Assembly (NCBI GenBank): GCA_043228905.1
Contig: JBHGNT010000014.1
Coordinates: 5,022,001 to 5,086,000 of the forward strand
Direction: 5' to 3'
DNA: 64,000 bases
Source: Azolla caroliniana
Lineage: Eukaryota; Plantae; Polypodiophyta
Shown here: positions 11,844 through 23,370 of the stretch, one piece after another
Numbering within the stretch: position 1 is the first letter of the stretch
Layout of the letters: every line of letters starts with the position of its first letter
Notes under the pieces: generated by a model
What the model saw: the letters and a program-made list of their open reading frames with translations, nothing else
Database searches by the model: none
What the model was told of the DNA's origin: nothing
Position numbers and translations under genes: made by a program

Positions 11844-14340
11844 CCACGTTCGAGAAGCTGAAGGAGAAGTACTGGTGGCCGGGACATGCATTGGTTCGTA
11901 ACGACTTGCGAAAGCTGTCAGATGCATTCCATGGTTCGACATCGGGATGAGCTGCATCCGACTTACCCGTCGACCATCCACTTCAAGTGGATGGTGGATC
12001 TGGTGACAATGCCGATAGGGGTAGGGTAGATGCGATACCTGGTGTTAGCATGAGAGTACCATACGAACCAGGTGGAGGGCCGAGTGTTACCGAAAAAGAC
12101 GATCGCGACCGTGTGCCGGTTCTTGATCGAAGAGGTTGTATGTGGGTACGGGTGCGTAGGGAAGATCATAGCGGACCGTGGAGAACTGGATGCACAAGTT
12201 GTTTGATCGGTTAGGGGTTAAAATCTTGTTCACCACGGTTAACAATTCAGAGGCAAACAAGAAGGTGGAACGCAAACATGGGCCAATCGTAAAGGCGTTG
12301 GTACGGGCATGTGAAGGCCAAGTCGGGAGTTGGCCGTGGTAACCGGGTTCATGCTGGCGGAGCTGATGTACGGGCAGAAGCCGATCATGCCGATGGAGCG
12401 AACGATCTCCTCATGGGCCACGGTGGACTGGAGAGACGAGATGAGCCAGGAGGAGCTGTTAGCGGTGCGAATCCGACAGCTCGAGCGAAGACCGGAGGAC
12501 GTGGAACGAGCAACGGCGAAGGTGCGTGCGGCAAGGACAAAGAACAAGGGGCGATTCGACTAGACTCACCGATTACGACTGAAGAAAATCGAGGAAGGCG
12601 ACTGGGTTCTGGTCTACGACAACAACCTTGACAACCAGCACAAGGTGATGCGATAATTTGCGAGGAGTTGGTTCGGGCCTTACGCGGTGACAAGCGCCAA
12701 CGACAACGACACCTACCATCTCACGGAGCTCGACGGAATGAGAATAGCTGTGCTGGTGGCCAAGAAGAGGATCAAGGCGTTCAAGAAGCGGCACGAGGAC
12801 GAACCGAACGCAGAGGACATGAATAGCGACGACGACCGGTTCAGAGTGGATGGCGATCCGGAGAATGAAAGATAAGCGCGGTGTCGCGTTGTTACGCGCG
12901 TGCGTGTAGAAGGGGCGGGACCAGGGGGGTCTCGGACTAGGGAGTAGAGGAGAAAGAATAAGATATGTTTTGGAAGCTTAGCTCAAGAGGAGAAGAAGAA
13001 AGAATAAGATCATGACATAGAAGGAGAGATTGGCCAAGGCAAGATGCTCAACAAGTTATATTAAAACAAATGAATGATTACAACCATGGTGGCCGCATGG
13101 GCCACACCAAACGACTATGAGAAAACCCTAACCGAGGATGAATAAGGAAACCCTAAACGAAACCCTAACCCTAAAACGGTAAGAACTCTAGACTAATTGG
13201 TATACCTTTTATACGCAAAATAGGCAACCCTTCATAAGTGACCCTTCCCTTCGTTTTATAGCCCAGGGAGGGAGGGACCTTACAATGTGGGATAAAATTT
13301 CCCCTCTTCTTTCTACACACCATTTCCTAGTATACATGTGCACATGTTGCACACCACCGATTTGCCCATTCCACCTTGGTTTCACACTATAGCCGGAAAT
13401 CTTCACGACATCCACCCCCACCAAACCGCACATCCACCGGTATGTGCCAAGAAAGGAAAAGGGTGAGAGATTTCGGCGACAGTGATCAACCGGGTCTTTT
13501 GCCTTACCGGCACCCAACCGTCTTGCCGGTCCCTTACCGGCCCCGACCCGTCCACCGTGTTCACCGCGTGTCCCCAAACCGGAGGCTCCATCCGATCCGC
13601 CATATCCGACGTTCACGCCTTCTTCTTCGAACGGCCCTCTCGAACGCCGTTGCCGACCCGGTTGCTCTTCCTTTGTCTGCCTCGTATATCCTCCGGGTGC
13701 GCTACCGATCTCTCCGATCGCACTTCGGATTCTGCCCTTTGCGTGCTGCGTATGTTCCTCCTTTGGTTTTATTGTCTCCGCATGCCGAACACCTTGGTGT
13801 GTCGACTCTTCCCGCTCTGCGCTTGCCTTCCGTAGGCTCTTCCCGTGCGCCTATGTAGTCCCCCGAATATGCGCTCATTCTTTGGCCCTTGGGCGACCCC
13901 ATTCCGCGTTCCTTGCTTCTCCTTTGCCCGCCGTGCTCTCTCGTCGTAGAGCGTACCGTCATCCCGACCTCCGTGTTAGTGTCCCTCGAGGCTCTCGTTA
14001 CTGCCTCGCCTTGACTTGCGCCCTCTTGGCCCGCTTAACTTTGCATGCCCTCCAGGAAGCCGCCGCGTTTTCTCTTCCCGGTGTGTACCCCGTTGTTCCC
14101 CGTGCACCATCCTTCGCTCTCGCCGTTCATCCGCCGATCCCGGCAACTCACTGCTCCGTCTCTTGCCGTGTGCTTGCCTCTCAAAGGCTCGACTGGTCCG
14201 CCGTTGCCGGTCACTCGTCGCCGCTCTTCCGGGTGCATGCTTGCTTCTTGGCCCTTCGCCGGCCGTAGTGCATGCTCCGTTTTACGCCGTAATGCATGCT
14301 TCGTGTTACACGCTTCTCCCGCCGTAGTCCCGACCTCCGC

Positions 14341-15138
14341 TGTCGCGTTGTTACGCACGTGCGTGTAGAAGGGCGGGACCACGGGGGTCTTGGACGAGGG
14401 AAGAAGGGAAGCCGAGAAAACGATTCCGGACGCGTTCCAGAAGCAACCGAACGGGAGAGAGAAAGAGAGAGAGCGCGTGCTTGACACCGACTCACACCCA
14501 CACACACACACCACGCCGACCCAACTCACGCCCTTATGTATAGAAACGGAGGTAAGAGAACACCAAAACACCTACACAAACACCGGTGCGCAGAACCCTC
14601 CATGCATATATTACAAGAATAAGATACAATACTGGTATCGAGCCCGACCTAAGTAGCTCAGGTTACAATGGACGTCTACTGCCAAGCCGCCGATCAGGGG
14701 AGCTCTCGGGCTTGTCGTGCCGAGCGGGGTCTTGCACAGAGAACAAGCAGAAAATAGGAACACGAGATGCTAAGGCTCGATACTCAGAACGATGAAGAGG
14801 AAGAAGCAGAGAAAGGAAACGAAACCGTAAACAAGAGGAAAGAAAGAGGAAGAGAGAACGTTTCTTCCTCTAACGGTATACCCTATGAATGCAAAAATGG
14901 GTAACCGTTTCACAAGAGGCGCTCCCTTCCTTTTATAGAACAAGGAGGGAGATGCGTTACAATGTGGGATAAATCCTGACTTACATGGGATTCTCTGTCC
15001 TGACTTGACTACTCTTCGGCGCCATAAAGGCGCCCTCGTTATTCACACTAAATGTACAAGGGTGAGTGCACATGCTGCACCCCACCGATGTAGCCAATAT
15101 TTCCCGGTTTCCGCCTCTAGCCGAAATTCTTCACGACA
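14341..15138 (-). mobile_element. Gypsy solo LTR
   Basis: TGTCGC...CACGACA, perfect 4-bp TSD CCGC. Confidence 0.92.
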
Positions 15139-15754
15139 CCGCGTCGGCAGCTTCTCCCTTCATTGCCGTAGCCCCTTCCGACCCCGGCTTATCGTCCTGG
15201 GCCCGCTCGTCCGTCATTCCGTATCGGATACCCATTCCGGTATCCTCGTCCGCTCCGACTTTCGACTCGTCGCCGCCACCCGCCGTCCCTTTGGTCTTAT
15301 GTCGATCCGCAACCGCCAAAGTCTCAAGGATAGATGTGGAGGGCTCCTCTCGCTCTTGGCCTCCCACCGAGTCGTACTCCTCATGCATGCTTGGCCTCCT
15401 TCTCGTGCTCACCGGCTCCCACCGGGTGTTGCGGCTAGTTCGCCTCGACCTCCAATCATGCTGACTTAGCCTTCGCCTGGATCGGTCTCGGCTGATCGAG
15501 TTCCGGTTTGGTCGGCTCCCTTCTGTAATCGTAACCGTCCGGTACATGTTTGTCTGAACAAATCCGGCCTTGCTGGCTCTTCTTCGGTTCGGGCCCGGTT
15601 GACCGGACCCCGCTCCAATCTTCTTCCGCGTCATCTTCCGGTCGGGTCGGTTCCCGACTCTCTCCTCTTTGCCGCTCCTGACCTCTCCGTCGGTCCTCTT
15701 GTATATGCCCGTTCCGGGCCTCGCATCCTCATCTTCGTACGTGTTTGCTCCGGG

Positions 15755-16900
15755 TCATGCCTCCTCACGACCACTGCCCTTCTTTCCGGTCTTATGTTGG
15801 CATTCGAGCGCAACCGTCGTAGTCTCAGGTCTCGGTGTCGAGGGGTCTCTCCTCCGTCCGCTATGACCTTCCTCGTCGTCGTTTCGATCGTCCGCTTTGC
15901 CGCCGCCACCTTCCATCTCTGCGGTCTCACGTGGGCTCTCGGGGCCAACTGCCGAAGTCTCTAGAATAGGTGTGGGAAAAGTCTCGGTACCCTCACTCAC
16001 CGATGTCATGTTTGTAGCCACCTTCGTTTGGACGCCATGGTCCGTGGCTATCTCGTCCCCGGTTACGCAAGCCTTGGTTATGCTTGCTACCTCCTCGTCC
16101 TCGTCCTCGTCTCGGTTGCCTGCCTTGCCGTTGCCACCGCCCGTCGCTGTAGGACTCACGCCGACACTCGGGCCGATTGCCGGAGCCTCTAGGACCGGTG
16201 TGGGTAAGGACCCGGCACCACCGCTCGTTGTGTCCGTAGCCCCCTCCGTCCGGACGTCATTGTCCGCGGCTACCCCGCCTCCAATCGCGCAAGCCTCGAT
16301 TACGCTTGCCACCGTCTCTTCCATGTCATCGTCTCGGTTGCCCGCCTTGCCGCCACCACCGCCCGTCGCTCTAGGTCTCACGCCGGCACTCGGGCCGACC
16401 GCCGGAGCCTCTAGGACCGGTGTGTGTAAGGTTGCGGCACCGCCGCTTGTCTCCTCCCCACTCGATGTTTCGGGCCGCCATGTCCTGAATCCGTAGTTAC
16501 CGGCCTCCATGGCCGTCCCTTCACCGCAAGGCAAGAGGGTTGCTTGCTCCGCACCCTCTCCCATGTCGCCGTCGTATGCTCTTCTAACCTCCGTATAGGC
16601 CCCGTCTTCTACGCTTAGGGAGGCTTCTTCCTCCGCATCCTCCGATCGCCTCCGGCCCGACTCCATAATAAGCCCTTCTTCGGCTTCGATTTTCCCCTTC
16701 ACAAGCTCGCATGCCTCCCGTATTAGCGCTTCTAGGTCGAGCTCCCCCGAACCGTTTTGCGTTGAGCTCTCTTCCGACGGTAGTGCGTAGCCACTCACCG
16801 CCCTCTCTTCTCCGCCGCTCCTGGGCCACGTTGTTGCCGACCGCTCCCCATCGGGTTGCCGGGATACCCACTCCGGTTTCGCGTATCCGTATGCGTCCAA
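15755..16900 (-). CDS. Acidic G/A/T/E-rich ORF with internal repeats of about 75 aa, downstream of the gag fragment
   Basis: 381-aa open frame with three copies of PVLEAPAVGP...GGGGKAGNRDDD; function unknown. Confidence 0.45.
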   Translation of the reverse strand: MDAYGYAKPEWVSRQPDGERSATTWPRSGGEERAVSGYALPSEESSTQNGSGELDLEALIREACELVKGKIEAEEGLIMESGRRRSEDAEEEASLSVEDGAYTEVRRAYDGDMGEGAEQATLLPCGEGTAMEAGNYGFRTWRPETSSGEETSGGAATLHTPVLEAPAVGPSAGVRPRATGGGGGKAGNRDDDMEETVASVIEACAIGGGVAADNDVRTEGATDTTSGGAGSLPTPVLEAPAIGPSVGVSPTATGGGNGKAGNRDEDEDEEVASITKACVTGDEIATDHGVQTKVATNMTSVSEGTETFPTPILETSAVGPESPRETAEMEGGGGKADDRNDDEEGHSGRRRDPSTPRPETTTVALECQHKTGKKGSGREEA

Positions 16901-17450
16901 TAGCGCTCCCTCAAAGGACTCCCATGACTCGTGAGCTTCTCAGAGCTCCTTGACCTCCTTGTGCACCGATACGGCTGCCACTCAAGGAAAATACTCTAGC
17001 CGCATCACCTCATCCACGCCCCCTTTCGCCATCTCGGCCTTGTAGGCTCCCAAAAATTTTAGGACCTCATTCCCATTGAACCGGCCGACTCGATCGACCA
17101 CCCTTTCGACGACTTGTTGAGCCGCATCTCGCTTCGCCATCTTCTGTCCGGCTTCCATCACGATCTTTGCCATCATCTCCTCGAAGTCGAAGTCTTCTTC
17201 CATCTCCATGCTCCCTTGCCGCCCTTCACGTCGGGATCACCAAAGATGTCGCGTTGTTACGCGCGTGCGTGTAGAAGGGGCGGGACCACGGGGGTCTCGG
17301 ACTAGGGAGTAGAGGAGAAAGAATAAGATATGTTTTGGAAGCTTAGCTCAAGAGGAGAAGAAGAAAGAATAAGATCATGACATAGAAGGAGAGATCGGCC
17401 AAGGCAAGATGCTCAACAAGTTATATTAAAACAAACGAATGATTACAACC

Positions 17451-18133
17451 TATTAGGAAACAGGTCCCTCCGAAAGGGAAGTGAGAAGAACAGTACTGAT
17501 GAGCAAACTTGGCAATGGAAGACCCGGTGAGAACCGGATGAAGAGTACCCGACTTCAGAAGACCCGGTGAGAACTAGATGAAGAGTACCCGACTACGGAA
17601 GACCTGGTGAGAACCAGATGAGTAGTACCCGGCAAGAGCCAGATGGTGAAGGCCCGGTGAGAAGTGCTCACCGGATGAAGGGACATATTCGTAAATATGT
17701 TTCTGAGAGTCTATCGGGGCTATATTTGTAAATAGCCGAAAAGTCATATTAGTATAAATATGACTTAGGGCAAACTTAGTATATGTTGTAGTTGTCATTC
17801 TTGTTGGCACAAGATTAGAGCGCAACAGTGTACAAAGAGTGAGAGAGAGAGAGAAAGAGACGAAGAGTTTGTATCTCTGTTGTAACCGCCGTCTGTGGCG
17901 AAGACAGTGAACAAGAGGTCGTTGCCTCTGTGTTCATCTATTGTATATTGTTACATAGTGATAGTTAGCATTCAGTGGACTGCCGTGGTTTTTCCCGTGT
18001 TTGGGTTTTCCACGTAAACATCCTGTGTACTCTTCTCTCCATTGTGTCGTTTATTCATTCCCTGTTTTCTGTGTTTGATTCTAAGCTCGGTTGTGGCCGA
18101 GCGTTGTTCATCCGGAGCGTTTAGTTCCTGTCA
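17451..18133 (+). mobile_element. Copia (Tork-like family) solo LTR inside the 5' LTR of the non-autonomous Gypsy
   Basis: TA(TG)TTAGG...CCTGTCA termini; TSD CAACC/CAACA; absent from the sister LTR near 13081; 40-bp repeats. Confidence 0.9.
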
Positions 18134-21100
18134 CAACAATGGTGGCCGCATGGGCCGCACCAAATGACTATGAGAAAACCCTAACCGAGCATGAATAAGG
18201 AAACCCTAAACGAAACCGTAACCCTAAAACGGTAAGAACTCTAGACTAAGTGGTATACCTTTCATACGCAAAATAGGCAACCCTTCATAAGTGACCCCTC
18301 CCTTCCTTTTATAGCCCAAGGAGGGAGGGACCTTACAATGTGGGATAAAATTTCCCCTCTTCTTTCTACACACCATTTCCTAGTATACATGTGCACATGT
18401 TGCACACCACCGATTTGCCCATTCCACCCCGGTTTCACAATATAGCTAGAAATCTTCACGACAACGGGCTGATCTTCTCTAGCAAAGGCCTATTCTGGCG
18501 CATACTGGTGAATGCGCGGTTAGGTGGGGGCGGATGTCGTGGAGAAAACCTTCCCTAGGAGGAATCTGTGAATAGTGTGCGTGACCCGGCCCTTACACGC
18601 GGGCACATGTTTTGATGTATTGTACATAGTTAGGTACAGGTCGGCGATGTGAATATCCTAGGTAGCGCGTATGCATTAGGTAGGGAATCGAGGAGTAACT
18701 CTATCCAAAAGGACAGAGAATAAAAGTGATGTAACAGACTGTAACGTCTTTCTCTCCTTGGGCTATAAAAGGAGAGGAAAGGGAACTGAGTGGGGATCGC
18801 GTGGTGGAGGACGAAGTGATGTCAGACTGGGACCGAGCTCTTCTCCTCTTTCTTTCATCATTCTCTGCAGGTTTTGGGAGGTTTCCTCTGCTTTGTGGAA
18901 AGCCGGAGTGCTTCCGGTAGAGCCATCCCGCATGTCCGTGTGCGTTGTGTGAGTTGGTGTCAGCGCGTTGACACTTACCAGCTAGCCGACTGTAATCTTG
19001 ATCATAAGTATATATTTGCCTTAGTCGTTGTTCGATCTTTGTTGTGAGTTCTCTGTGTATTTGTGAGTGCGGCTCGGCCATGGTTTCATGTCGCTCCCTT
19101 TGTTTGGTTATTCCCTAGTTCAGGGCCCCCGCGGTCCCGCCTTGGTTTCTCCTACGCGTGCAGAATAACATGACACCATTCAACAAGGTTCTTCAAGTCA
19201 CGGAAACATGAGAAGACTTCACTCTTCTTTTCAATTAGCTAGACCCAAGTGTGTTGACTAAAGTCGTCAATGAAGGAGACAAAGTATCGGCTCCTGCCCA
19301 TGCTCATATAGCTTGCCGGTCCCCATACATTCGTGTGGATAAGATCTAGCTGATTCTAGCTCCGATTCTTCTCATAGGGGAATGAATCCTATGTTGCTTC
19401 CCGAGTTGGCAAACATCACATACCCGGTCCTTCCGGCTACTGAATTTCGGCATTCCAGAAACTACTTGTTCCGACTGCAATTCTTGAAGCTTTCTAAAAT
19501 TGATGTGGTCGATCCGCTTGTACCATAGGTCCATGTCAGATTTGACCTTCTATCCTTTTGCAAACATGGCGGCACCAACATCATTGGATTCGAGGATAAA
19601 CATCCTCCTGTCTTTGCACCCATGCACGATCAGCCGGCTCTCATCTTCGATGAAGCAGATGTGGTGATTAAATCGAATCTGCATGCCTTGATTGACAATC
19701 TGTCGGACAAATACCAAGTTCTTAGCATTTGTCGAGACATGCAACACATTCCACATTTGGCCTTTTTGTCCGACATGGCGGAGTGGTACATCACCCACGT
19801 GTTTGATAGGGTGCATGGTATTGTCAGCAGTCTCGACAATTCCTGACTGTTCTAGTTTTTCCAAGCTCGAGAACCATTCAACATGGTTCGTCATATGATT
19901 TGACGCTTCGGAATCAACGTACCAGACCTCTTCCGGTTTTGTGGTACGTACTCCCATATGTTTTGCCTTATGCTTCATCACAACTGCGGGACCCATTTCG
20001 GCTCGCCTTGATGCTTCAGCGAAGTGTGATCGGTGACGTCTATCTGCATCACCTCGGCTCGATCTGGCTCTATCCAAATCTAAGTGCTTTTTCCAACACT
20101 AGCTCTCTCTCCATAGCCCTTTCGGCCACAATACCAGCAGTCCATTGCGGCCTTTCCTTTTTGGCTTTTGGCGCCGCCTTGACTCCCCCTGCTCATGGAG
20201 GGTCCAGAATTGCTGTCGACATTTCTATTATGGCCATGGTTATGTTCTTTTCGGCCGCCTTCATTGCGTGCCGACCCGCCTCGTCCACCATGACCACGGG
20301 GCTGATCCGCCTCTGTGTACATCATCTTGTTGTCGGTGTTCGTGCTCGCCAACACACCCGTGTGATTTTCTTCAACGAGAAGCATCGACTGCAACTTGAA
20401 GAAGGACGACACATTCTCTCTCATACAGACTACCATTTAGAATGATCTAAATCTAGACACTAACTCTCCGAAACAGACGTGCACCATTTCGTCCACCTCG
20501 ATGGTCACGTTGATGGAAGTGAGAGAGTCACAGATCTCCTTGATCTAGGTTGTGTAGTCGGCCATAGACAAATCTTTCTGCCGAACATTGTCGAGCTCCT
20601 GCCTGAGCTGTAGCTTCGTGGATGTTGTGCAGACAACGAAATCCTTTTGAGATTTGGCCACACATCTTTTGGCGTCTTGGAGTCCCGGATGTAGCTGAGT
20701 AGTTGATCTCTGACACTAGAGGCAAAGCAATACATTACTCTGTTTGCCGTCTGTTCCCAAGCCAGAAAGTCCTTGGGTGTCGCATCTGGTGCTGCATCAT
20801 TCGCTCCTTCGACATAACTTTAGTATCCGTGACCAAGTAGGTATTGTTGCATCTTGTACGACCAAGATGCGTAGTTGCTCCTATCGAGTGTTTCTGTCGG
20901 AAGTGTGCTTCCCAAACCTCTGTCCATGTTCCTGTCTTTTCTTCTTCGGAAGACAAAAGCTTGTCTCTATCTTGTTCACTTTGTTGGCAACATAGGATTC
21001 TTCTAACCCTCGCACTTTGATACCATGTAAAAGATTACGTGCGGAAGCATTATGTTAAGCACAAAATACACAGTTGATTCCAGAAACACAACAATTAGGT

Positions 21101-22099
21101 ATACACAAAGATTAAAGATAGATAGTGAGAGAGAGATAGAGATAGAGCAGACAACAAAACTTCTACTAGCAAATATTCTCTCTTTCTATCTATACAATGT
21201 GCTTAGTGAGCACTCTTTATACAAGTACTTCGATGCTCATAAATGAGCTACTGAAACTGACACCTGATATATTCCTACAAGGAATATAAGTCCTAACGGC
21301 CTGATGGCTCCCCATAGATCCGGCCTAGCCGATCGGTTTCCATCCGATCCGTCTCCTGGTTTCTTCAGCTAATCCGGGCCTAACCAATCGGTTTCCATCC
21401 GATCCAGTTCTCAGCTTCTTCAACCGATTGGCCCAAGTTGAGCTTGCTTGCTTAACATTATCATTCACTCTACTTAATCTAACGAACTTGCCTCTCTTTT
21501 TAGAAAATAACTTGACTAAGAGATTAACTAATGTCTTCTAAAGACACCAACATACGTTAAGAAGATTGCATAACTATATTAGTAAAGTCACCATAGTACA
21601 CACAAAAGGAGGAGAACTTAGGGTTTGAATAAATAATACTTAATGCTAATCAATCACTTCACAAGTATATGAGAGAGAAAAAGGGAGAAAGAGCTTCAAC
21701 TTAGATTACAAGGTGAGAGAAAACCAATGTTTATGGAAAGAGCTAGAAAAAGCACAAAAGTGACTTTTATAACTTAGTTACAAAAGGGTTGTCCCTTGTC
21801 ACATTGGAGTGGCCATTAGGCTTAAAGTTGAAGAGATACTTTGTTTTGTTCCCCTTTCTATTAGTCTCAAACTTGGTCTTTCATATGAATGTTGTTGCCG
21901 ATGTCTTCCTAGGCCGTGCTATGCATGACATATACTTAACATCGATGTCAACAAAACTATCATCCACATTCAGGAAACAAGATTATAATGCTTTTCAAAT
22001 TAATGGTGGGTTATTATATTTGTGTCAGATCTAAGGCAAGATGGCAATAGAAAGAGTGAAAGAATGATGATGAAAGGGATAGATGAGATAGTAGTGGAT

Positions 22100-22596
22100 A
22101 TATATAGATAGATAGATTATATTATTGTCTTCGGAGGTCAAATATGACCTATGAGACAAAAAACTACTACCTTTCACGTGATAGTGTGAAAGTGAGTAGC
22201 GACACTCGATGTTCAAGAACTTTACCAATGAATGTTGCAATCGAGAGTGCACACTGTGGTTGTGAGAGAAATTCGTGCAAAAATTAGGCTTTGTTGAAGA
22301 TGTGTGGAAAGCATGGTCAAATATGATCAAAGGCAAGGCATTGTATCAAAGTGTGATACTCAAACTCTTGAACTTGTTTAGGGAAAAGTGTGCATAATCG
22401 ACCACTCTCATCACTTGTGCCCCAACGTCGTGTCTCACATCACAATGCATATGAGCTAAGTCGCATGTAAGAAATGGTTCGAATGGAAAATAATGGGAAG
22501 GGCTCTAACATGTATCAATGTGTACGGTTTCACTGTTCCTTGAAGAATATGGTTTTGTAATTAGGTGCAACATGTGTAGTATAATATGTGAAGTGT
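22100..22596 (-). mobile_element. LINE (RTE/RTEX-like) 3' end
   Basis: Degenerate C-terminal zinc-finger-like segment (RLCTL..KQV.E.EYHTLIQC) and an (ATCT)n tail on minus; sequence continues at 50529. Confidence 0.7.
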
Positions 22597-23160
22597 TGTC
22601 TAGGAAATCCTCTCGTGTTCGCGAAAATGAAGTGGGACCACTAAGGTCCTAGACCAGAAGGATTCGAAGTCTGTACTAACGTAAGCGAGAAAGTATTTAA
22701 GATAGATATATATATATAGAGAGAGAGAGATTGAGAGACGGAGATTCTAATTCAGAGACAAATTGAGAGTGAGATTTTGAACCCTTGACTTCAATTTTTT
22801 GAGGGACAAGATATATCACCAAAAGGATAACTAGATTTTTTATTTTTTATTTTCTTGATTCAGTACATAGCTTGCTTGATCAACTGATTGATTGATCCTT
22901 CTTTCTTTTTCCTCCACTCTTTTATAGATGCCCCCATGCATGTGAGGGTGCAAGACATGCATACAATGCATGTGATGCATGTTTGCCATTTAGCGCTCAT
23001 GCATTAGATGTGATGCATGATAACCATGTCACTCATTCAAGCTCTCATGTATGAGAATTTACATATGAAAAAGTATAATGATGAAAATACAACCTTTAAA
23101 GAAATGACTTGGCTTTGTGGTAAGTCAATTGTGTTATGTAAGGTTGTCCCTCCTTGTGGG

Positions 23161-23370
23161 GGGAGTCGGTCGAAAAGCCGAAATGAGAGTCGGTTGGCCG
23201 AAATCGACTGAAAAACCGAAACGGGAGTTGGATGCCGAAATCGACCGGAAAGCCGAAATGGGAATCAGCTACCGAAATTGGTCCAAAAAGCCGAAACAAG
23301 AGTCGGCTGCCGAAATTGGTCAAAAAAGCCGAAACAAGAGTCAGTTGGCCGAAATCGATCGAAAAGCCAA
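23161..23370. repeat. Tandem repeats of about 38 bp in the Gypsy 3' LTR
   Basis: Units like AAAAGCCGAAATGAGAGTCGGTTGGCCGAAATCGACCG. Confidence 0.88.

Larger units (their letters stand above)
12882..18463 (-). mobile_element. Non-autonomous Gypsy-type element: gag remnant plus low-complexity ORF, no pol
   Basis: 3' LTR 12882-13410 with PPT 13411-13422; 5' LTR 17247-18463; PBS TGGTGATCCCGACGTGAA at 17225-17242; TSD GCGG/ACGG. Gag N-terminus at 16982-17209. No PR, RT, RH or INT motifs seen. Confidence 0.88.
3909..19175 (+). mobile_element. Ty3/Gypsy LTR retrotransposon (Phygy-like, tRNA-Trp PBS), full length, degenerate, with nested insertions
   Basis: LTRs 3909-4555 and 18535-19175, PBS 4560-4577, PPT GGTGGGGGCGGA before 18535. 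Domains: gag with CLWCDAVGH, PR LVDHGSEINLM, RT (DLYSGYDQ, PFLDDIPIKG), RNase H (DNAMADMLSR), INT (GPY/F-type WFGPY). TSD CTGT/CCAT, consistent with ancestral CCGT. Confidence 0.93.
3854..21457 (-). mobile_element. Older Copia of the same family, split into 3854-3908 and 19176-21457
   Basis: 3854-3908 is integrase sequence that continues at 19176. Degenerate INT/PR/gag at 19176-20930, PBS-like CTTTGATACCA near 21015-21025, LTR 21026-21457. Confidence 0.85.

Noticed and set aside
11291-11950. Repetitive ORFs (219 aa and 164 aa) and a CRISPR-like appearance
   Set aside because: They are translations of a 54-bp LTR minisatellite; there are no unique spacers and no cas genes.
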